Of a DNA stretch of 52,095 bases, positions 10,460-20,156 are shown one piece after another. The notes below the pieces were generated by a model. That model was not told the DNA's origin, did not search any database, and saw only the letters and a program-made list of their open reading frames with translations. This DNA comes from Acidimicrobiaceae bacterium. Lineage in GTDB: Bacteria; Actinomycetota; Acidimicrobiia; Acidimicrobiales; Bog-793. Every line of letters starts with the position of its first letter. Within the stretch, counting starts at the first letter, position 1. The stretch lies in the NCBI GenBank assembly GCA_003139355.1, contig PLIM01000087.1:6573-58667 (forward strand), read 5' to 3'. Made by a program: the position numbers and the translations under genes.

Positions 10460-10570
10460 CCTCAAGTGTGGACCACAGCCCGGCGCACGTCAAAGGATGC
10501 CGACCACGTGTCGATGATCACCTACGAGCAAACCTTGTCGGTGTCACAAGCCCTAACGTGGCGTCCGACC

Positions 10571-10807
10571 ATGGCCGCCGTATCCGATGTCACTACGCCG
10601 ATTGCTTGTTATCACCACGGGGGCTTCCCGGTCGCCGAGTTGCGGGCGATGAAGAAGAACCAGCGGGTCTCGGCCTGCACCCCCGCTCGCGACGAGAACG
10701 CGATTGTCGGTGCTCGCCGCGGGGCCCTCGGGCGCATCGAGCTTGCTCCCCAAGCCCGAGACGTCCGGGACGTCGCACTGCGTCGCGCAGGAGTACGGGT
10801 CGCATGA
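10571..10807 (+). pseudogene. gpgS: internally deleted glucosyl-3-phosphoglycerate synthase remnant
   Basis: YHHGGFPVAELRAMKKNQRVSACTPARDE resembles the GpgS N-terminus and ELAPQARDVRDVALRRAGV its C-terminus; the GT-A core is missing; lies directly upstream of otsA. Confidence 0.65.
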
Positions 10808-12246
10808 CCGAGTTCGACTTCGTCGTCGTCTCGAACCGGGGACCGTTCACGCTCGAGAGCCGGCCCGGGGGAGTAGTCGAATTTCGGCCGGCGGCGGGTG
10901 GCTTGGCACCGAGCCTGAGCGGCGCGCTCGCCGAAGAGCCGATGGGCTCGGGCAGCGGAGTGCTCTGGGTCGCCTCAGCCTTCACCGAAGCAGATCGGCT
11001 CTACGCATCGGCCGGCGCCGTAGCTACCGGACAGGACACGTTGAAGCTGCGCATGGTCGCTGTCACGCCCGAGATCGGGCGAGCAGCCTACGACGTGATC
11101 GCCAATGGCACGCTGTGGTTTCTCCACCACGGGCTGTTCGACCATGCGCGCCGCCCGTGTTTCGACCGCGTCTGGCACGAGGCGTGGGAAGGGTACTGCC
11201 AGTTCAACGAGGCCATTGCGGACGCGGTCGCAGAACAAGCCGCGACCGGGGCGACTGTGGTCGTGAACGACTATCACCTGGCGCTCGTCGGCCGGTATCT
11301 CGCAAAGAGCCGGCCCGATCTCGCGACCGCGTTCTTTACCCACACCGCTTTCTGCCCCCCGGAGGACCTCGCCATGGTGCCGGACGGGCCCCGCCTCGAG
11401 CTGATGGAGTCCATGTCCTGTTTCGGTGCTTGCGGGTTCCACACCTCTCGGTGGCGTGACGCCTTCGTGCGATGTGCGTCGGCGGTCGGCGTCGAGGCGC
11501 CCGCGACCTTCGTAGCCCCCCTCGGCGCCGACCCGGCGAGGCTCGACGAGGTGGCGGCCACCGTGGCCTGCCGATCACGTCTCGAGCGCCTCGAAGCCGA
11601 GCTCGACGGCCGCACGCTGCTGCTGCGCAGCGACCGCGTCGAACTCTCGAAGAACCTGATACGCGGCTTCCTCGCCTTCGACGAGCTGCTGGAGGCGTCG
11701 CCGCAATGGCGGGGGCGTCTGATCTTCTATGCGCGGGTCTACGGGTCACGCGAGTCTCTACCGGAGTATCTCGCCTACCGGACCGAGGTGGAACACGTGG
11801 TGGCCCGGGTGAACGAGCGTTGGGGCGAGTCCGGCTACGTGCCGGTCGTGCTCGACCTCGAGGACGATTTCGAGGCGACTGTGGCCACCCTCCAGCGCTA
11901 CGACCTGCTGTTAGTCAACCCCATTCGGGACGGGCTCAACCTTGTTGCGATGGAAGGGCCGGCGGTCAACCAACGAGACGGCGTGCTCGCGCTCTCACGA
12001 GAGGCGGGTGCTTACGACGAGTTGGCGGACGTGGCAATCGGCCTCAATCCCTTCGACGTGACCGGGACGGCGGCTGCGATATCCAGCGGCCTCTCCATGA
12101 GCTTGGAGGAGCGCCGGGTTCGGGCCGCGGAGCTGCGGCGCCGGGCGCGCTCGCGCACGCCAGCGCATTGGCTGGCCGAGGTCCGCCGCGCAGCCCGGGT
12201 TCCCGGCCAGCGGGGTCCGCGCGCCTGGGGCCAGGCCGGCGACTAG
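10804..12246 (+). CDS. otsA: trehalose-6-phosphate synthase (GT20)
   Basis: MTEFDFVVVSNRGP, GGLA, LWFLHH, NDYHL, DRVELSKN, NPIRDGLNLVAMEG, LSREAGA; start set at ATG 10804. Confidence 0.9.
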   Translation: MTEFDFVVVSNRGPFTLESRPGGVVEFRPAAGGLAPSLSGALAEEPMGSGSGVLWVASAFTEADRLYASAGAVATGQDTLKLRMVAVTPEIGRAAYDVIANGTLWFLHHGLFDHARRPCFDRVWHEAWEGYCQFNEAIADAVAEQAATGATVVVNDYHLALVGRYLAKSRPDLATAFFTHTAFCPPEDLAMVPDGPRLELMESMSCFGACGFHTSRWRDAFVRCASAVGVEAPATFVAPLGADPARLDEVAATVACRSRLERLEAELDGRTLLLRSDRVELSKNLIRGFLAFDELLEASPQWRGRLIFYARVYGSRESLPEYLAYRTEVEHVVARVNERWGESGYVPVVLDLEDDFEATVATLQRYDLLLVNPIRDGLNLVAMEGPAVNQRDGVLALSREAGAYDELADVAIGLNPFDVTGTAAAISSGLSMSLEERRVRAAELRRRARSRTPAHWLAEVRRAARVPGQRGPRAWGQAGD

Positions 12247-13190
12247 GACGGGCGCAGCAGTCCGGCCAGTGCGACGAGGAAACCGACCGCGGCGCCCGGA
12301 CCGTCGAGGACGAGGTCGGCCGCCTCAACCATCCCGTGGGGCACCTCGGCGCCGGTGACCGCGACCTTCAAGGTTCGGAGACCGGATGCGGTCCGCAATC
12401 TGTCGAGCGCGTCGAACGCGAGGAGGTCGCCGGCATCGTCGCCGAGGTAAGCAGCCCTTTCCAGCCCCGCGCACAACTCGGTCACGACCGTTCCCTTGTC
12501 GATCCCGAGCGGGAGTGTGAGCTCCACGCTCGCTTTTCCCAGCCGCGGCACGAGACCGTGCTCGGCTGCGATGGTTCGCACCGCCTCTGTCGTCTGTGCC
12601 ACGACCGCCTCGAGATCGGCACCCGAGGCGCTGAGCGAGCGCCAGTGGACCGTGATCCCGTAGCCCTTGTCGTCGACCCGGACACCGCTGGGCACGGCGG
12701 CAAGGAGCTGATCACGAACGGCCTCGATCACCGGGCGCCAAGCCGAGACCCCGGCGCGGCGCTGGACCGTCCCGTCCGGGAAGCACTCTTCGAGCCCGTT
12801 GAGGCCGATGGCCCGAAGAGGCGATCGATAGCTTTCGATCTCGAGGCGATCGGTGAGGAACGCCGCGGACCGTCCCGAGATCGCGGCGACAACGGCCAGC
12901 TCCCGGGCAAGGTCGTGGAGGGCCCCAAGCGCGCCGGGCAACGGGCGGGCAGCTTGTGGATCGACGACGATCGGGGCGATCGTCCCGTCGAAGTCGCAAC
13001 AGAGCCCAGCTGTTCCGGGGGCTTCGGCGAGAAGCTCGAGAGCGGAAGACTCGGTGGCAGTCAGCCTGCGAACCTCGGCGCCGCCAGCGTTCTCAACGCG
13101 GCCGGCGTTCGAGCCAGGGACCACCTTCGTAACGGTCCCGGCGCCGGCGAACAAGCCGGCGTTGAACACGGTGGACCACGAGCGGGTCAT
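12243..13190 (-). CDS. otsB: trehalose-6-phosphate phosphatase (HAD)
   Basis: DFDGTIAPIV, ISGR, DKG..YLGDDAGDL. True start is probably near 13064, since the ORF's 5' part overlaps the DUF3263 gene. Confidence 0.88.
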   Translation of the reverse strand: MTRSWSTVFNAGLFAGAGTVTKVVPGSNAGRVENAGGAEVRRLTATESSALELLAEAPGTAGLCCDFDGTIAPIVVDPQAARPLPGALGALHDLARELAVVAAISGRSAAFLTDRLEIESYRSPLRAIGLNGLEECFPDGTVQRRAGVSAWRPVIEAVRDQLLAAVPSGVRVDDKGYGITVHWRSLSASGADLEAVVAQTTEAVRTIAAEHGLVPRLGKASVELTLPLGIDKGTVVTELCAGLERAAYLGDDAGDLLAFDALDRLRTASGLRTLKVAVTGAEVPHGMVEAADLVLDGPGAAVGFLVALAGLLRPS

Positions 13191-13353
13191 AGGCGAAAGC
13201 CTCGGGTGAGCCGGCCAATCGCCGTAGCACGCCGTAGTATGCGCCCGGGGACAGCCCCAGCCTTTCGTGGATCGCCTGGCGTTTGGACGGGGAAAACAAC
13301 CACCAGTCGCGTTCTACATCGAGCACATCGCGGTCCCGATCGGTCAGCGTCAT
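13093..13353 (-). CDS. DUF3263 family protein
   Basis: MTLTDRDRDVLDVERDWW..KRQAIHERLGLSPGAYY..AFAYDPLVVHR, typical of this actinobacterial family. Confidence 0.8.
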   Translation of the reverse strand: MTLTDRDRDVLDVERDWWLFSPSKRQAIHERLGLSPGAYYGVLRRLAGSPEAFAYDPLVVHRVQRRLVRRRRDRYEGGPWLERRPR

Positions 13354-13447
13354 CCCACCCGACAATGCCAATCTCAGCCCCGCGAAGCAAGGACCCTCGC
13401 CCGAGGTGCCCGAGAGCGGCGCCGTTCGGGCAGACTTCAAGGCCGAG

Positions 13448-14200
13448 ATGACCAACACGGTGAGCTATGTCGCGGCTTTCGGCGGTGGTGTCGCGTCCTT
13501 CGTGTCGCCCTGCGTGCTGCCGATCGTCCCGGGCTATCTCTCGGTCGTCACCGGGTTGGACCTCACCGACGCCGTACAGGGATCGCGCCACCACCTTCTT
13601 CGGATCGCCCGTGACACGGCGTTGTTCGTGGCCGGGTTCACGGTGGTGTTCGTGCTCCTCGGCATCACGGCGACGACGATCGGGAGCGCGGTCTTTCGCG
13701 ACAAGGAGTTGTTGCTGCGCATCTCGGGGGCGCTCGTCGTCGCGATGGCGTTGTTCCTGGCGGGTTCGCTCGTGCTGAGGAGACCCGGCTGGTACCGAGA
13801 AGCCCGGTTCCATCCGAACCTCGAGCGATACGGGCCTTTCGCGGCGCCGGTCGCAGGTGCCGCCTTCGGCTTCGGCTGGCAACCCTGCCTCGGGCCGATC
13901 CTTGCCGCGGTGAGCACAGTCGCGATGAGCTCGGGATCTGCAGGCCAGGGAGCGGCGTTACTGGCCATGTACTCGCTGGGGCTCGGGGTCCCGTTTCTCG
14001 TCGTCGGTCTCGCACTCGGCCGGCTGTCGGGGATGCTGCGCCTCATCCGCCGCCATTCCCGGCCCATCACGATCCTCTCCGCAGTCGTGATGGGTGCCTT
14101 CGGCGTCCTGTTGTTCACCGACAAGTTGACCTATCTGACGAGCTACCTGGAGACGCTCATGCGCGCGATCGGCCTCGGCCGGCTCATAACGGTCGGCTGA
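13448..14200 (+). CDS. ccdA: cytochrome c biogenesis protein CcdA
   Basis: SFVSPCVLPIVPGY and GWQPCLGPIL Cys motifs, YSLGLGVPF, about 6 TM segments; start at ATG 13448. Confidence 0.9.
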   Translation: MTNTVSYVAAFGGGVASFVSPCVLPIVPGYLSVVTGLDLTDAVQGSRHHLLRIARDTALFVAGFTVVFVLLGITATTIGSAVFRDKELLLRISGALVVAMALFLAGSLVLRRPGWYREARFHPNLERYGPFAAPVAGAAFGFGWQPCLGPILAAVSTVAMSSGSAGQGAALLAMYSLGLGVPFLVVGLALGRLSGMLRLIRRHSRPITILSAVVMGAFGVLLFTDKLTYLTSYLETLMRAIGLGRLITVG

Positions 14201-14213
14201 GGCCGAGCGAGAA

Positions 14214-16919
14214 TCAGCCTGCCGCGAGCGCCCTCACGACGAACGGCAGGATGCCCCCGTGCCACAAGTACTCAGCCTCGCCGGGCGTGTCGACGCGCAG
14301 CATCACTTTGAAGACGCGGTCGTCGGCTCTGACGGTGAGCGCGCGCCCGACCAGCTCGCCGGTCAAAGCGCCGGAAAGGCCCTTCAAGTCGATCGACTCG
14401 CGGCCTGTGAGCCCGAGCGACTCCGCATTCTCGCCGGGGAGGAACTGCAGGGGGAGCACGCCCATGCCGACCAGGTTCGACCTGTGGATCCGCTCGAAGC
14501 TCTCGGCGAGAACCGCGCGGACACCGAGCAGCGCCGGGCCCTTTGCCGCCCAGTCACGCGACGAGCCGGAGCCGTACTCCCTGCCGGCTATGACAACGAG
14601 GGGCACGCCCTCGGACTGGTAGCGGGCGGCCGCTTCGAAGATCGTCGTCTGATCGCCCTCGGGCAGGTGCACGGTCACTCCGCCCTCGATCCCGGGCACG
14701 AGATGGTTGCGGATGCGGGGGTTGGCGAAGGTTCCGCGGATCATGACCTCGTGATTGCCGCGCCGGCTGCCGTAAGAATTGAACTCGGCCACAGCTACGC
14801 CGTGGCTCTGCAACCAGAGCCCGGCCGGGCTCGACGGCTGGATCGTCCCAGCGGGCGAGATGTGGTCGGTCGTGACGCTGTCTCCGAGGACGGCCAGCAC
14901 CCTCGCGCCGGTGAGGTCGGTGAGGGGCTCCGGCTCGGCTTTCATCCCCTCGAGAAACGGTGGCCTTTGCACGTAAGTCGACTGCCCATCCCAGGCGTAG
15001 CGCTCCCCCGTCGGGATCGCGAGTGATCGCCAGTTCTCGTCACCGGTCGTGGCGTTCGCGTACTCGTGGCGGAACATCTCGGCGCCCACCGCCTGCTCGA
15101 GCACCTGTGCGACCTCCTCCGACGAGGGCCAGAGGTCCGCGAGCAGCACCGCTCGGCCATCGGGGGATACGCCGATGGCCTCGGTGGCGAGATCGAGGTT
15201 CATCGTGCCCGCGAGCGCGTACGCGACCACGAGCGGCGGGGACGCGAGGTAGTTCATGCGGACGTCGGGATGGATCCTCCCCTCGAAATTGCGATTGCCC
15301 GACAGCACGGCCGCGCATGCAAGGCGGTGGGCGTTGATGGCCCGGGAGATCTCCGGGAGCAGCGGGCCCGAGTTGCCGATGCAGGTCGTGCAGCCGAAGC
15401 CCACGAGACCGAAGCCGAGCTTGTCGAGATAGGGCACCAGCCCGGCCCGCTCGAGGTAGTCCATGACGACCCGCGAGCCCGGCGCGAGGCTCGTCTTCAC
15501 CCAGGGCTTGGATGAAAGGCCGAGCTCGACGGCCTTCTTCGCCACGAGGCCGGCGCCGATCATGACCTGTGGGTTCGAAGTATTGGTGCAACTGGTGATC
15601 GCGGCGATCACGACGTGGCCGTGTTCGAGATCGAACTCGCTCCCCTCAGCGAGGCGCACGTGTGCCCGGGCGGAGCCGCGGAGCCCATCGGGATCCAAAG
15701 CAGTTGCAACGGGATCGGGAAGCGAGTGCGGGAGGGCTTCGGCGAACATCGCCTTGGACCGGCGGAGCGGAACCCGGTCCTGCGGGCGCGACGGGCCGGC
15801 GAGGCTCGGCTCGACGGTCGAGAGGTCGAGCTCGATCCGTTCGCAATAGGCGGGTTCGGCTGTCTCGTCGTGCCACAGCCCCTGTTCCTTGGCGTAGGCC
15901 TCCACGAGTGCGCAGCCCTGCGCAGGCCGGCCGGTGAGCCGCAGATAGCGGAGAGTCTCAGAGTCGATCGGGAAGATCGTGACCGTGGAGCCGTACTCCG
16001 GCGACATGTTGCCTATGGTCGCCCGGTTCTCGAGCGGCACCTTCGCCACGCCCGGGCCGTAGCACTCGACGAACTTGCCGACGACGCCGTGAGCACGCAG
16101 CAGCTCTGCAACCGTGAGGACGAGGTCGGTCGCGGTCGTGGCTTCCGGGAGCTCGCCGGTCAGGCGCAGACCCACCACCGGCGGTACGAGCATGGAGATC
16201 GGCTGGCCGAGCATGGCTGCCTCTGCCTCGATGCCTCCGACGCCCCAGGCGAGCACGCCGAGGCCGTTCACCATCGGCGTGTGCGAGTCGGTGCCGACGA
16301 CGGTGTCGGGATAGGCGGCGCCCTCGGCGTCGGTGAACACGACGCTGCTCAGGTACTCGAGGTTGACCTGGTGGCAGATGCCGGTGCCGGGAGGCACGAC
16401 GCGCAAGTTCGAGAAGGCTTGCTGGCCCCAGCGCAGGAACCGGTAGCGCTCGGCGTTGCGCTCGTACTCGAGGGTCGTGTTCACCTTGAGGGCGTCGCGA
16501 CGGGCATAGGCGTCAACGACGACGGAATGGTCGATCACGAGGTCGACAGGCACCAGGGGGTTGATCCGGCCCGCGCTCCCACCGAGCGCCTCGATGGCGT
16601 CGCGCATTGCCGCGAGGTCGACGACACACGGCACGCCGGTGAAGTCCTGGAGGAGGATGCGCGCCGGCGAGTACGCGATCTCCCGGGCAGCGCCGCCGCC
16701 GGTCTCATAACGGGCCAAGGCCTCCACGTCTCCCGCTTTCACGCTCGCGCCGTCCTCGTGGCGCAGCAGGTTCTCGAGGAGGAGCTTGATCGAGTAGGGG
16801 ACCCGCCCGAGATCCGCGACCTGCTCGAGGGCCGACAGGCGATGGATGCGGTAGCGCCGGTCACCGACCTCCAAGGTGCCCTCGGCGCCGAAGCTGTCTC
16901 GGCTGTCTCGTCTGGTCAT
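14214..16919 (-). CDS. acnA: aconitate hydratase A
   Basis: LLQDFTGVP, GICHQVNLEYL, GTDSHT, AITSCTNTSNP, GFGCTTCIGNSG, YGSGSSRDWAAKG; start MTRRDS at 16919 after GGAGG. Confidence 0.96.
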   Translation of the reverse strand: MTRRDSRDSFGAEGTLEVGDRRYRIHRLSALEQVADLGRVPYSIKLLLENLLRHEDGASVKAGDVEALARYETGGGAAREIAYSPARILLQDFTGVPCVVDLAAMRDAIEALGGSAGRINPLVPVDLVIDHSVVVDAYARRDALKVNTTLEYERNAERYRFLRWGQQAFSNLRVVPPGTGICHQVNLEYLSSVVFTDAEGAAYPDTVVGTDSHTPMVNGLGVLAWGVGGIEAEAAMLGQPISMLVPPVVGLRLTGELPEATTATDLVLTVAELLRAHGVVGKFVECYGPGVAKVPLENRATIGNMSPEYGSTVTIFPIDSETLRYLRLTGRPAQGCALVEAYAKEQGLWHDETAEPAYCERIELDLSTVEPSLAGPSRPQDRVPLRRSKAMFAEALPHSLPDPVATALDPDGLRGSARAHVRLAEGSEFDLEHGHVVIAAITSCTNTSNPQVMIGAGLVAKKAVELGLSSKPWVKTSLAPGSRVVMDYLERAGLVPYLDKLGFGLVGFGCTTCIGNSGPLLPEISRAINAHRLACAAVLSGNRNFEGRIHPDVRMNYLASPPLVVAYALAGTMNLDLATEAIGVSPDGRAVLLADLWPSSEEVAQVLEQAVGAEMFRHEYANATTGDENWRSLAIPTGERYAWDGQSTYVQRPPFLEGMKAEPEPLTDLTGARVLAVLGDSVTTDHISPAGTIQPSSPAGLWLQSHGVAVAEFNSYGSRRGNHEVMIRGTFANPRIRNHLVPGIEGGVTVHLPEGDQTTIFEAAARYQSEGVPLVVIAGREYGSGSSRDWAAKGPALLGVRAVLAESFERIHRSNLVGMGVLPLQFLPGENAESLGLTGRESIDLKGLSGALTGELVGRALTVRADDRVFKVMLRVDTPGEAEYLWHGGILPFVVRALAAG

Positions 16920-16945
16920 TTCGTCGTTGCCTCCAAGGTGGCGCT

Positions 16946-17434
16946 CTAGGCGGTGAGGATGGCAGCCTCGGGGTTGACCCGATCGCGGAGCTTGCGCAGC
17001 GCGGCTACGACGGCGAGCTCCTCGTCCGGGTCGAGGGCTCCGTCGAGGAGCTCGGCGAGCTGCGCACGGTGGACGTCGAGCGCTTGGCGCATCCGCGTCT
17101 CGCCGGCGTCGGTAAGTGCGGCGAACGCACCCCGGCGATCCTCGGGGCAGGCCTGGCGGCTCACCAGGCCTGCTTCTGACAGGCGGTCGACCGCCCGGGT
17201 GAGACCGCTCGGGGTGAGCGCCGTCTGTGCTGCGAGGTCGCTCATCCGCAGCCGCCCGCCTGAGGTGCGGGCGAGCCGGATCAGGATCTCGAATTCCTGG
17301 CCAGCAAGTTCGCACTGGCGCTCGAGCGGCGGGCCGACCGCCCGACGCAGCCCCGAAGCGGCCTCGAAGACGAGCCCGACGAGCGTGATCCGGTCAATCT
17401 CGCTCGCACGCTCGGGTGTGCCTACTGGTTCCAC
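16946..17434 (-). CDS. MarR family transcriptional regulator
   Basis: LRMSDLAAQTALTPSGLTRAVDRL..CPEDRRGAFAALTDAG winged helix; GTG 6 nt after TATGCT. Confidence 0.9.
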   Translation of the reverse strand: MEPVGTPERASEIDRITLVGLVFEAASGLRRAVGPPLERQCELAGQEFEILIRLARTSGGRLRMSDLAAQTALTPSGLTRAVDRLSEAGLVSRQACPEDRRGAFAALTDAGETRMRQALDVHRAQLAELLDGALDPDEELAVVAALRKLRDRVNPEAAILTA

Positions 17435-17461
17435 GCCGACAGCATAACGGGAGTCCGGGAA

Positions 17462-17508
17462 TAGTTGCGCGGGCAATTAGTTGATATAGTTAGTTGCGCA
17501 AGCAAATG
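17462..17508. promoter_or_regulatory. two putative MarR operator palindromes
   Basis: TAGTTGC-N4-GCAATTA (17462-17479) and TAGTTGC-N4-GCAAATG (17491-17508) in the AT-rich divergent gap. Confidence 0.7.
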
Positions 17509-17546
17509 AACTCGCAGCCTCTCAGCACAACACAAGGAGTCTCGAC

Positions 17547-18146
17547 ATGACCGATACGAGCACCAGCACCAGCGCAAGCACCGAACTGACCAGGAACGTC
17601 AACGGTGTCACGCTACCGACGACCGGCACGTTCGTGCTCGACAAGTCGCACACCCAGGTCGGTTTCGTCGCCCGGCACCTCATGGTCTCCAAGGTTCGTG
17701 GCCGCTTCACCGACTACGAGGGCACGATCGTTGTCGCCGACGACCCGGCGGCGTCGTCGGTCGAGGTGATCATCCAGGCGGCGAGCATCAACACCAACGA
17801 CGAGGGCCGTGACAACCATGTCCGGACCAACGACTTTCTCAGCGTCGACCAGTTCCCGACTCTCACCTTCCGCAGCACGAAGGTCGACCTGGGTTCCAAC
17901 GGCGACTGGAAGGTCAACGGCGACATGACCGTTCGGGGCGTGACACGCCCGATCGTCCTCGATGTCGAGTTCGAGGGCGTCATCCAAGACCCCTGGGGCA
18001 ACCAGCGACTCGGTTTCACCGCCTCCGGCGAGATCGACCGCAACGACTTCGGAGTGAGCTTCAATGCCGCCCTCGAGACCGGCGGCTTCGTCGTTTCCCC
18101 GAAGGTCAAGCTGGAGATCGAGGCTGAGGCGGTCCGCCAGGCTTAA
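17547..18146 (+). CDS. YceI family protein
   Basis: LDKSHTQVGFVARHLMVSKVRGRF, RDNHVRTNDF, DPWGNQRLGF; AAGGAG RBS. Confidence 0.93.
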   Translation: MTDTSTSTSASTELTRNVNGVTLPTTGTFVLDKSHTQVGFVARHLMVSKVRGRFTDYEGTIVVADDPAASSVEVIIQAASINTNDEGRDNHVRTNDFLSVDQFPTLTFRSTKVDLGSNGDWKVNGDMTVRGVTRPIVLDVEFEGVIQDPWGNQRLGFTASGEIDRNDFGVSFNAALETGGFVVSPKVKLEIEAEAVRQA

Positions 18147-18171
18147 GACTTCAGCCCGCTTGCGAACAGCT

Positions 18172-18199
18172 CCTGCCGGTCCGGCTCGGGTCCGGCAGG
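18172..18199 (+). terminator. GC hairpin after yceI
   Basis: CCTGCCGG..CCGGCAGG inverted repeat 25 nt after the stop; no U-tract. Confidence 0.4.
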
Positions 18200-18282
18200 C
18201 GGCGGGTCCAGCAGGCCGTGTGTGCCCCTCGGCGCTTGTCTACTGTGTACCTGGTGATCTCTTCGGTAGTTAGATTTCGACA

Positions 18283-19641
18283 GTGAGCGCGCCAACCGAG
18301 TCAGGGCCGGACGTCCTCGGCATCCACGCGCATCTTCTCGCGTCGATCCCCGGCGTCCTGGTCCTCCTCGACGCTCGTGGCATCGTGCGCTTCGCGTCCG
18401 GTCAGGTCGAGCACCTCGGCGGCCAGCCAGTGGACGTCCTCGTCGGCTCGGAGTTGAGCAACCATCTCGAGCCGAAGGACCGGTCGCTTCTGACCTGGCT
18501 GCTAGCGGCTTCTGCGGCAAAGTCACCCGAGCAGCTGACCGGCCCGGTACGGCTGCCATATCTTCACGCCGACGGAAAGCCGCGGCTCGCCGAGGCCTGG
18601 GCACTCAACCGGTTGGCGGATCCCGCCCTTGCCGGGTTCGTCGTCCTGCTGCTGCTCGAGAGCGCGTACGACCACTTCGATCAGGTCCTCGCCTCGGCCC
18701 AGGCCGGGGCCGCTCTGGAGGACAATCTGTCGGCCCTCGCCGTTGCCCTGGGGCTCCCGCCCGTGCTCGGGGAGTGCTTCTTCGTCGTCGCCTCACCCGA
18801 CGGCCGGATGATCAGCCGCTTTCCGCCGGACCCGTCGGTTCCCGGACCACCCGCCGCCGGACCCTGGGACCAGGCCATGGGGCCTGACTCGAGCATCTTG
18901 TACACCGAGCTTGCGGGCTTGCCCGAGTCCACTCGGGCCGCTGCTGGCGGATTCCGCTCCGTGTCCTGCTTCCCGATCTTGACCCGCGGCGAGATCACAC
19001 CGTCTGCTTGCCTGGTCGTGTGGAGTCGTGAGCTCGGCCCACTTGGGACCACAGAGCGGACCGCGGTGGATCGGGCGCTGATCCTCGCCTCGCTCATGAT
19101 GTCGCAAAACCTCGTGAAGGAACGGTCGCTCGAGGAGGCCTCTCAGGACCTGCTGACCGGTCTCGGTAATCGAAGGAGTTACTTCCAGGCGCTCGACTCA
19201 CGGATCGAAGCCGGCGACCGGCCGGCCGTGTTGTACATCGACATCGACGGTTTCAAGGACGTGAACGACCGACTGGGTCGCCTCGCTGGAGATTCGGCGC
19301 TGCGTGTGATCGCCCGCCGGCTGTCGTCGGTCCTGCGCCCGACCGACGAGCTCGCCCGCATCGGAGGAGACGAGTTCGCAATCCTTTGCGCCAGCGACGT
19401 CACCGAGCCTCAGGTCATCGCCATCGCCGCCCGCGTGGTCGAGCGCCTCGCGGAACCCATCTCAATTGGTGACGCTCCGGCGTTGAAGGTCGGGGCAAGC
19501 ATCGGGATCGTGCTCGACTTCCCACCGGAGACGACCTCGGACACCCTGCTCGCCAGTGCTGACGAGGCGCTGTGCGAGGCCAAAGCGGCCGGGCGGAGCT
19601 GTTGGCGGGTGGCGCCGGTCCCCGAGAGGCAAAGAATCTGA
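18283..19641 (+). CDS. diguanylate cyclase with PAS-like N-terminus
   Basis: DLLTGLGNRR, DIDGFKDVND, RPTD I-site five residues before an intact GGDEF. Confidence 0.88.
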   Translation: MSAPTESGPDVLGIHAHLLASIPGVLVLLDARGIVRFASGQVEHLGGQPVDVLVGSELSNHLEPKDRSLLTWLLAASAAKSPEQLTGPVRLPYLHADGKPRLAEAWALNRLADPALAGFVVLLLLESAYDHFDQVLASAQAGAALEDNLSALAVALGLPPVLGECFFVVASPDGRMISRFPPDPSVPGPPAAGPWDQAMGPDSSILYTELAGLPESTRAAAGGFRSVSCFPILTRGEITPSACLVVWSRELGPLGTTERTAVDRALILASLMMSQNLVKERSLEEASQDLLTGLGNRRSYFQALDSRIEAGDRPAVLYIDIDGFKDVNDRLGRLAGDSALRVIARRLSSVLRPTDELARIGGDEFAILCASDVTEPQVIAIAARVVERLAEPISIGDAPALKVGASIGIVLDFPPETTSDTLLASADEALCEAKAAGRSCWRVAPVPERQRI

Positions 19642-19791
19642 GGCAGTGGTCCACGTCGCGCTGACTGCCGGTTCGTGATGATCTTCGGAATCGCAGCCAG
19701 GCCGGGTTGATCTCGCAAGAAGCGACCTTCGCGTGGAGTTTCGCACTCTTGCGGTGATCCGTGGCGGTCGCGAGCGCTCAGTGCCGAAGCG

Positions 19792-20154
19792 TCAGCGGGA
19801 GTGCCAACGGTCGTCGGTGTCCACCACCTGTAGCGCCAGGTTCTGGAGTGCCGCGACGAGCTCGCGCAGACGCTTGGCGTTGTCGAACATCGGCCGGTAG
19901 TCCTCGAGCTGTTCAGGACTGAGCACCCGGGTGACGGTTCTCGCCTCGACCTTGCGGGTCCACACGATGTAGGGACCGTGCAGCTGGGCGGGATCAGCTT
20001 TGCATCGGCAGTTCGCCTTGCCACAGCGAGTCGATCTCACCTCGACCGAGCCCGGTAACGCCAAGCCCAGCTCGGAGAGCACTTTCACGATACTGGCCTG
20101 CTTAGCTCGCGTCGCCCGGTCGAGGCTCAGACCTCTCGTCGTCGTCATCAGCAT
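19792..20154 (-). CDS. DUF6788-like IS accessory protein
   Basis: LPGSVEVRSTRCGKANCRC..HGPYIVWTRKVEARTVTR, a pattern usually found next to transposases. Confidence 0.75.
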   Translation of the reverse strand: MLMTTTRGLSLDRATRAKQASIVKVLSELGLALPGSVEVRSTRCGKANCRCKADPAQLHGPYIVWTRKVEARTVTRVLSPEQLEDYRPMFDNAKRLRELVAALQNLALQVVDTDDRWHSR

Positions 20155-20156
20155 CC

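Noticed and set aside
10468-10803. N-terminal extension of the 592-aa otsA ORF
   Set aside because: GT20 similarity starts at MTEFDF (10804); the upstream DNA is better explained by the gpgS stub in another frame.
16920-17315. Apparent 132-aa N-terminal extension on aconitase
   Set aside because: Overlaps marR in another frame; acnA has its own GGAGG RBS before ATG 16919.
18221-18233. Possible att copy of the tRNA-Arg 3' end (CCCTCGGC)
   Set aside because: Only about 8 matching bases in GC-rich DNA, and a similar match occurs inside acnA.
19700-19750. Possible IS terminus downstream of the DUF6788-like gene
   Set aside because: No partner inverted repeat is visible in the window, so no boundary can be called.
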